From Gemmatimonadota bacterium (lineage in GTDB: Bacteria; Gemmatimonadota; Gemmatimonadetes; Palauibacterales; Palauibacteraceae), in assembly GCA_039714435.1 (NCBI GenBank), contig JBDLJJ010000002.1, forward strand, positions 1 to 61,018: a stretch of DNA of 61,018 bases, given 5' to 3'. The notes beneath the pieces were generated by a model that was not told where the DNA came from, did not search any database, and was given only the letters and a program-made list of their open reading frames with translations. The translations under genes were made by a program, and so were the position numbers. Positions 55,629 through 61,018 of the stretch are shown in pieces; the first letter of the stretch is position 1; every line of letters starts with the position of its first letter.

Positions 55629-58268
55629 TTGGCAAAGTACAGAGTTTTTGAATTGGCTGAGGAGCTGGGAGTTGAAAGCAGTCACCTCGTCCAGATTCTA
55701 CATCAAATGGACGTTCGTGTGAGGAGCCATATGTCCAGTGTGGACGATGTGATGGTTTCGCGCCTGCACGCACGTCTGGAACGTGAGCGCCGCACCGGAG
55801 ATGCTGACGAAGCTGACGGCTCCGCGGGGACGAAACGGCGTCGGCGGCGCAAGCCTCCCGCTGTGGTGGCTGAGGCAGAGGTGGCTGAGGCAGAGGTGGC
55901 TGAGGCAGAGGTGGAGGCCGCTGAACAGGCGGCTGACGCGGCGACGCCCGAGATCGTGGCCGAGGATGTGGCCGCAGCGGTCGAGGAAGAGCAGGCCGAG
56001 CCTGACGTGGCCGAGCCGGTTGTCTCGGCTGAGGATGTCGTGATTGAGGCAGCGGAGCCGGGTGAGGTCGAAGAGCCCACGGCCGAGGCCGAGGAACCTG
56101 CGGCGGAAGCCGAGGAACTTGCTCCGGAAACCGAGCCTGCGCCTGAGCCCGCCGTCGAGCCCGAGCCACGGCGCGACGTTAAACCCAGCCCCGTTCGGAG
56201 CGGACTGCCGGAGGCTCGTCCAGAGACTGTGACCCCAGCCGCATCGGCTGGTCCTGGCGGTACGGTCCGAATTCAGGCTGAGGGATATACGACCGATGGG
56301 CGCAAGCGAAGCCGGCGAGAAAAGAAGCGGAAGAGCAATGTCGACCGCGAGGCAGTCCAGGAGAACGTCAAGAAGACCCTGGCGGCGATGGGGAGTGGTC
56401 CCACTCGGCGCAAACGCCGCGATACGGGTCCGACGCAGCAGGAGGTAGAGCGGGAGGAACGTGAGGCCAAGGAGGAAGTCGAGCGCACTACGGTGAGGGT
56501 TAATGAGTTTCTCACCGTAGCGGAGCTGGCGGATCAGCTCGGAACATCGGCCCAGGAGATCATCGCCTCTTCGTTCAAGAATCTAGGCTTGATGGTCACG
56601 ATCAATCAGCGTCTGGATTTTGACCAGATCGAACTGATCTGCGACGAATTCAGCTTTGATGCCGTCAAGGAAGATGCCTATGAGGCTGACCTTGTCGAAG
56701 ACCAACTGGAGGAAGAAGACGAAGCACTGCTCGAGCCACGGGCGCCCGTAGTCACGGTGATGGGTCACGTCGATCACGGGAAGACTTCGCTGCTCGACCA
56801 CTTGCGTGAGACCAACGTGATCGCGGGCGAGTCCGGCGGTATCACCCAGCATATCGGGGCCTATCACCTGGAACTGCCGGACGGCAGATCTGTGGCTTTC
56901 CTGGATACTCCTGGTCACGAAGCGTTCACCGCCATGCGTGCCCGCGGCGCGGAAATGACTGATATCGTCATTCTGGTCGTGGCCGCGGATGACGCGGTCA
57001 TGCCGCAGACGATCGAGGCGATCAGTCACGCCAAGAACGCTGGTGTGCCGATCGTCGTGGCGATCAACAAGGTGGACCTGCCAGCGGCCAACGTTGTCAA
57101 GGTGAAGCAGGACCTGTTGGCCAAGGAAGTGATCCTGGAGGAGTTCGGCGGCACGGTGCTTTCGGCCGAGGTGTCGGCCAAGACCGGCCAGGGGATGGAG
57201 GAGCTGCTTGAGAAGGTGCTGCTCCAGGCCGAGCTCCTCGAGTTGACTGCGAATCCGGGCGGGCCGGCGCGCGGCACGGTCGTAGAGGCAGAGTTGGACA
57301 AGGGGATGGGTCCCGTCGCCACGGTGCTCATCCAGAGCGGCCAGCTCAAGATCGGAGATGACTTTATCTGCGGGCTGCACGGTGGCCGCGTGCGAGCCCT
57401 GCTGGACGAACGCGGAAAGACGGTGACCGAGGCCGGGCCTTCGGTGCCGGTGAGAGTGCTGGGCATCGAAGGGGTTCCGCAGGCCGGGGACAGATTGCTG
57501 ACCATGGACGCGGACCGCGTTCGAGAGGTCGTGGCACGGCGCCAGCAGCTGGAGCGTGAAAAGTCTATGCGCCGCGGTGGTAGCGTAGGCACTCAGCTTG
57601 AGGACGTGTTCGAGCGCATCAAGGCCGGCCAGCAGGCGACCTTGAATCTTGTCATCAAGGGTGACACGGACGGGTCGGTGCAGGCCCTGTCAGACTCCTT
57701 CGAACGGCTCAGCACCTCCGAGGTCGCCGTCAAGGTGATTCACCGTGGCGTGGGGGCTGTGAACGAAAGAGATGTTCTTCTGGCCGCCACGAGTGAAGCG
57801 GCGATTATCGGCTTCCATGTTCGCCCGGAGCCCAAAGCGCGAGCCGCGGCTGAGCGGGACGGGGTGCAAATTCGCGTGTACAACGTGATCTACGAGGCCG
57901 TTGAGGACGTCAGGCTGGCGCTCGAGGGGCTGCTCGAACCTGAAGAGCGGGATGTGGTGATCGGCTCCGCCGAAGTCAGGGAACTGTTCAGGGTGCCGAA
58001 GGCAGGGACCGTGGCCGGTTGTTACGTGACCGAGGGCACGATTCAGCGCAACGCTCCTATCAGGTTGCTGCGCGACTTCGTCCAGATTTACGAGGGCAAG
58101 ATGGGTAGCCTGCGAAGATTCAAGGAGGACGTCCGCGAAGTGAAGGACGGCTACGAGTGCGGGATAGCGATCGAGGGCTACAATGACATCAAGGTTGGCG
58201 ATGTGATCGAGTGTTTCCGCGTCGAACAGGTCGCCCGCTCGCTGGCCGAAAGCGCCGCCGCTACCTGA
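55629..58268 (+). CDS. infB: Translation initiation factor IF-2
   Basis: TTG start giving [14 protein letters not shown]. Low-complexity Glu/Ala/Pro-rich linker, then G domain [24 protein letters not shown] and NKVD, plus C-terminal domains. Confidence 0.96.
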   Translation: MAKYRVFELAEELGVESSHLVQILHQMDVRVRSHMSSVDDVMVSRLHARLERERRTGDADEADGSAGTKRRRRRKPPAVVAEAEVAEAEVAEAEVEAAEQAADAATPEIVAEDVAAAVEEEQAEPDVAEPVVSAEDVVIEAAEPGEVEEPTAEAEEPAAEAEELAPETEPAPEPAVEPEPRRDVKPSPVRSGLPEARPETVTPAASAGPGGTVRIQAEGYTTDGRKRSRREKKRKSNVDREAVQENVKKTLAAMGSGPTRRKRRDTGPTQQEVEREEREAKEEVERTTVRVNEFLTVAELADQLGTSAQEIIASSFKNLGLMVTINQRLDFDQIELICDEFSFDAVKEDAYEADLVEDQLEEEDEALLEPRAPVVTVMGHVDHGKTSLLDHLRETNVIAGESGGITQHIGAYHLELPDGRSVAFLDTPGHEAFTAMRARGAEMTDIVILVVAADDAVMPQTIEAISHAKNAGVPIVVAINKVDLPAANVVKVKQDLLAKEVILEEFGGTVLSAEVSAKTGQGMEELLEKVLLQAELLELTANPGGPARGTVVEAELDKGMGPVATVLIQSGQLKIGDDFICGLHGGRVRALLDERGKTVTEAGPSVPVRVLGIEGVPQAGDRLLTMDADRVREVVARRQQLEREKSMRRGGSVGTQLEDVFERIKAGQQATLNLVIKGDTDGSVQALSDSFERLSTSEVAVKVIHRGVGAVNERDVLLAATSEAAIIGFHVRPEPKARAAAERDGVQIRVYNVIYEAVEDVRLALEGLLEPEERDVVIGSAEVRELFRVPKAGTVAGCYVTEGTIQRNAPIRLLRDFVQIYEGKMGSLRRFKEDVREVKDGYECGIAIEGYNDIKVGDVIECFRVEQVARSLAESAAAT
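55866..55910 (+). repeat. Perfect 15-bp tandem repeat x3 inside infB, encoding (VAEAE)3
   Basis: GTGGCTGAGGCAGAG at 55866, 55881 and 55896, followed by a diverged fourth unit GTGGAGGCCGCTGAA. Confidence 0.9.
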
Positions 58269-58307
58269 GCGTAGAGTGCTCTCCATCATGATCGGTATCG
58301 GGCGGCC

Positions 58308-58676
58308 GTGAGCGGCCGCCGGCGCATCGAGCGCCTCAACGGACTTCTCCAGGAAGAGCTGTCCCGGCTGGTACGTACGGAGCTGAAGGACCCTCGGGTG
58401 GGAGAGATTACGGTCACCGGGGTGGAGACGACCTCCGATCTCATGCATGCGGTCGTATACGTTCGGACGCTGGGCGACCTGACGCCGGTGGAAGAGGCAA
58501 TCGAGGGTCTGGATAGCGCCGAGGGGTATCTTCGGCGATTGCTGGGCCGAGAACTCCACCTGCGGCGAATTCCGGAGCTTCGTTTTGTAGCAGACCGTAC
58601 CCTGGAGCATGTGCAGCGGATCGAAGCCCTGTTGGATGAGGCCCGGGCTGAGGACGGATCTGAGCCAGCCGACTGA
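58308..58676 (+). CDS. rbfA: Ribosome-binding factor A
   Basis: 122 aa with RRIERLNGLLQEELSRLV...DPRVG.ITVTGVETTSDL..A.VYV and PELRF. GTG start. Confidence 0.92.
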   Translation: MSGRRRIERLNGLLQEELSRLVRTELKDPRVGEITVTGVETTSDLMHAVVYVRTLGDLTPVEEAIEGLDSAEGYLRRLLGRELHLRRIPELRFVADRTLEHVQRIEALLDEARAEDGSEPAD

Positions 58677-58677
58677 T

Positions 58678-59574
58678 TTGACCCGCGGGGTATGGCTGGT
58701 AGACAAGCCTGTCGGCCCCACTTCGCACGCCGTTGTGCTCGCCGCGCGGCGCTCTCTGGGCGTCCGGCGAATCGGGCACACCGGCACTCTGGATCCCTTT
58801 GCGAGCGGCCTGTTGATCTTATGCGTGGGCAGCGTCACTCGCCTGGTCGAGTATTTCCACGAACTTCCCAAGACGTATCTGGCCACTGTCCGCCTGGGCG
58901 CCGAGACAAGCACTGACGACCGAACCGGCGATGTCGTTTCGCGTTCAGAGGCATGGCGCGAGGTAAGCGCCGAAACTCTCGAGGTGGCTCTGCAGGCCAT
59001 GACGGGCTCAGTCGACCAGATGCCCCCGAGATATTCCGCCAAGCGCCAGGAAGGGCGGAGGGCGTACGAACTGGCCCGGGCCGGAGAGGAGTTCAGCCTG
59101 GAAACCAAGCGGGTTCACGTTCACGAGCTTCGTCTCCTGTCGTACGCTCCGCCCCTGGCGCAGCTGAGCGCCGTGGTCTCCACCGGTACATACATCAGGG
59201 CGATTGCCCGCGACCTGGGCCACGCTCTAGGCTGTGGGGGGCACCTCGCCGAGCTTCGGCGCACGTCCATCGGGCCCTTCGATGTGGGGGACGCGATCGC
59301 TCCGGACGCTTTCGAAGCTCTCAAACGAGGCCCAGCTGCACGGGAAGGCGCCGTGCCAGGGTGGCTCAGTGCCGAGCAGGCGCTCCCGTGGCTGCCTGTC
59401 GTCGACCTCTCCCCTGAGGACGCCGAACACATTCGCCACGGACGCAGAATCGAGACGGCGAGCGCCGCCCCGGCAGCGGCCCGGGTGGCGCTGTACGAGG
59501 GTGGCCGGTTGCTCGCGGTGGCGCAGCGGGAAGGGACTATTATCAGGCCTGAGAAGGTTTTTCTTGATCACTGA
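58678..59574 (+). CDS. truB: tRNA pseudouridine(55) synthase
   Basis: GVWLVDKPVGPTSHAVV, GHTGTLDPFASGLL (catalytic Asp), QMPPRYSA and GTYIRAIARDLG. TTG 58678 lies 1 nt after the rbfA stop. ORF-track start 58609 is rejected. Confidence 0.93.
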   Translation: MTRGVWLVDKPVGPTSHAVVLAARRSLGVRRIGHTGTLDPFASGLLILCVGSVTRLVEYFHELPKTYLATVRLGAETSTDDRTGDVVSRSEAWREVSAETLEVALQAMTGSVDQMPPRYSAKRQEGRRAYELARAGEEFSLETKRVHVHELRLLSYAPPLAQLSAVVSTGTYIRAIARDLGHALGCGGHLAELRRTSIGPFDVGDAIAPDAFEALKRGPAAREGAVPGWLSAEQALPWLPVVDLSPEDAEHIRHGRRIETASAAPAAARVALYEGGRLLAVAQREGTIIRPEKVFLDH

Positions 59575-60529
59575 ATTCAGAGACTGGAGCGACAGCGGGC
59601 TGCCTCCGGACGTGCCCGGAACGGTGGTGACCGTGGGCACGTTTGACGGCGTGCACCTCGGCCATCAGGCGGTGTTGCGAGAGATATCCGCCCGGGCCAG
59701 GGAGCGGTCTCTGTCCAGCGTGCTGGTCACCTTCGATCGGCACCCGCTCACGGTCGTTCGGCCTCACCTGGCCCCGGCACTTCTCACGACCCCGGATGAG
59801 AAGAAGGCGATTCTGAGCCAGTCCGGACTCGATTACGCGGCCTTCCTTCCGTTTACTCCAACGCTGGCGTCCTACGAACCGGCCGAGTTCGTAAAGCTCG
59901 TACTCCTCAAGCGCTTCCGGGTGAAAGAACTGGTAATCGGTTACGACCACGGCTTCGGCCGCTCCAGGACCGGTGATATCACCTTGCTTCGCGAGCTTGG
60001 GGAGCACTTGGGATTCGCTGTGGACGTGGTGTCGGCCGTGGCTGCCGGGGCAGATCCGGTCTCGTCCAGCCGGATCCGAAAGGAACTGGAAGACGGCGAC
60101 GTGGAGTCTGCCGCCACCGGACTCGGCCGTCCCTATTCGTTCCGCGGACCGGTCGTGCACGGGCAGGGCAGAGGGCGCCACCTCGGTTTCCCGACCGCAA
60201 ACCTGCTGCCGCCCGGAGGCGGAAAATTGCTGCCCAAGGCCGGCATCTACGCCGTCAGGGCGTCCTTTCGCAACCAGATTCTGGCTGGGCTCCTGCATCT
60301 GGGGCCGCGTCCCACATTTGCCGGATCGCCACCTTCCATAGAGCTCTATGTCCTGGACTTCGATTCCAACATCTACGGGGAGAGTGTGCAGGTGGAGTTT
60401 TTAACCCGCCTCCGGGAGGTGCTCCCGTTCAGTTCCGCGGCGGAGCTAGTTGCACAGATGCAAAAGGACCTCGAAGTTGGCCGGGCTTATTTTCGAGCGC
60501 ACCCGGTAGGAGGAACATCAGCCGGGTAG
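59564..60529 (+). CDS. ribF: Bifunctional riboflavin kinase / FMN adenylyltransferase
   Basis: VTVGTFDGVHLGHQ, FDRHP, GYDHGFG, GRGRHLGFPTANL and ELYVLDFD.NIYG. TTG 59564 follows a GAGAAGG element. ORF-track start 59234 lies inside truB. Confidence 0.93.
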   Translation: MITEFRDWSDSGLPPDVPGTVVTVGTFDGVHLGHQAVLREISARARERSLSSVLVTFDRHPLTVVRPHLAPALLTTPDEKKAILSQSGLDYAAFLPFTPTLASYEPAEFVKLVLLKRFRVKELVIGYDHGFGRSRTGDITLLRELGEHLGFAVDVVSAVAAGADPVSSSRIRKELEDGDVESAATGLGRPYSFRGPVVHGQGRGRHLGFPTANLLPPGGGKLLPKAGIYAVRASFRNQILAGLLHLGPRPTFAGSPPSIELYVLDFDSNIYGESVQVEFLTRLREVLPFSSAAELVAQMQKDLEVGRAYFRAHPVGGTSAG

Positions 60530-60550
60530 TTTACATTAGTCTGCATGAGA

Positions 60551-60586
60551 CTTATTTTATCAAGCTGTAGAGACAACGAAAATAAG
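60551..60586 (+). promoter_or_regulatory. Candidate rpsO 5'-leader hairpin
   Basis: Perfect 8-bp stem CTTATTTT (60551-60558) / AAAATAAG (60579-60586) with a 20-nt loop, ending 3 nt before GGAGG (60590-60594). A second inverted repeat AGTCT-GCATG-AGACT (60538-60552) overlaps its 5' arm. Confidence 0.3.
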
Positions 60587-60605
60587 CGTGGAGGAAGTAC
60601 ATAGG

Positions 60606-60875
60606 ATGGGTTTGGATACAGCGTATAAGGCACAGATTGTAGAAAAGTTCGGGTCGCACGAGAACGACTGCGGCTCGGAAGCCGTACAGATCGCACAGCT
60701 TACCGCTCGGATCACCGACCTCACCGACCATTTCCGCACTCACCCCAAAGACAGCCACAGTCGCCGCGGTCTTCTGAAGATGGTGGGACGTCGGCGTCGG
60801 CTCCTGGAGTATCTCAAGAAGAACGACCTTCCCAGATACCGCACCGTTATCAAAGAACTCGGCCTCCGACATTAG
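60606..60875 (+). CDS. rpsO: 30S ribosomal protein S15
   Basis: 89 aa from ATG 60606, the same length as E. coli S15. [35 protein letters not shown]. Also RY and LGLR. Confidence 0.95.
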   Translation: MGLDTAYKAQIVEKFGSHENDCGSEAVQIAQLTARITDLTDHFRTHPKDSHSRRGLLKMVGRRRRLLEYLKKNDLPRYRTVIKELGLRH

Positions 60876-60993
60876 AATCGGCTGCGGCCGGTAATAGTGT
60901 ACCCAACGGCGGCTCGCCCACCGCGCTTCTGCGGTGTCGAGTCCGTTTTGTTGTAGAAGCACGCAAGAAAGAAGAAAGAAGAGAAGAAGCGAA

Positions 60994-61018
60994 ATGACCC
61001 ACAGAATCGAACGAGAAT
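60994..61018 (+). CDS. Start of a gene truncated by the window end, probably polynucleotide phosphorylase
   Basis: Only MTHRIERE is visible. The call rests on the conserved rpsO-pnp synteny and a 118-nt leader. Confidence 0.3.

Noticed and set aside
55866-55925. Short perfect tandem repeats checked as a possible CRISPR or minisatellite element.
   Set aside because: The units are contiguous with no spacers, only 15 bp long, in frame inside infB, and there are no cas genes. It is reported only as a coding tandem repeat.
55279-56169. 296-aa minus-strand ORF with striking [15 protein letters not shown] repeats, at first sight a proline-rich repeat protein.
   Set aside because: It is the reverse complement of the IF-2 Glu/Ala-rich linker, including the 15-bp tandem repeat. 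It spans the L7Ae-like/infB junction and has no start context.

Overview
This is a 61-kb, visibly GC-rich (not computed) and very gene-dense stretch of bacterial chromosome, mostly housekeeping. All calls come from reading the ORF translations and the DNA by eye and from recalled family motifs. No HMM, BLAST or folding tool was run.

I support about 63 protein genes and one tRNA (anticodon CAT).
- Replication and repair: dnaG, recJ, pcrA/uvrD, and a DnaQ-like exonuclease.
- Translation and ribosome biogenesis: rsmD, rsmA, serS, gatCAB, the rimP-nusA-L7Ae-infB-rbfA-truB-ribF-rpsO string, and the first codons of a probable pnp.
- Envelope and isoprenoid: uppS-cdsA-dxr-rseP, murA, pgeF, plsC, ftsB.
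- Cofactors: coaD, thiL, thiI, nnr, ribF, bioY.
- Central and redox metabolism: pta, eno, glyA, msrPQ, and a rex-headed string with arcA, thiolase, hbd, acyl-CoA dehydrogenase and leucine dehydrogenase.

About 85% of genes are on the + strand. Many adjacent genes share 1-10 nt start/stop overlaps (often GTGA, ATGA or TTGA), and non-ATG starts are frequent.

I see no rRNA, CRISPR array, transposase, integrase, prophage or recognisable defence genes, and no clear compositional island. I did not find a convincing stand-alone novel multi-gene system.

The best candidates for a second look are:
1. A STAS protein next to a 775-aa fusion of receiver-like, RsbW-type kinase, GAF and PP2C phosphatase domains. 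This is a partner-switching circuit with no sigma factor nearby.
2. A perfect Rex operator at the rex promoter, heading about 11 kb of translationally coupled genes that include NADH-linked enzymes and an embedded bioY.
3. An orphan secreted Reg_prop-type beta-propeller wedged between nnr and thiL.
4. The only sizeable unexplained intergenic region (31.15-31.8 kb), which holds a small secreted-peptide ORF with a structured leader, a CCGG-rich hairpin cluster and a 39-codon membrane micro-ORF upstream of thiI.
5. A minus-strand P-II-like / DUF948-like / Zn-phospholipase-C-like trio.
6. Candidate autoregulatory leaders for rpsO and pnp.

The phylum cannot be assigned from this window. The gene content hints weakly at a Gemmatimonadota/FCB-like lineage.
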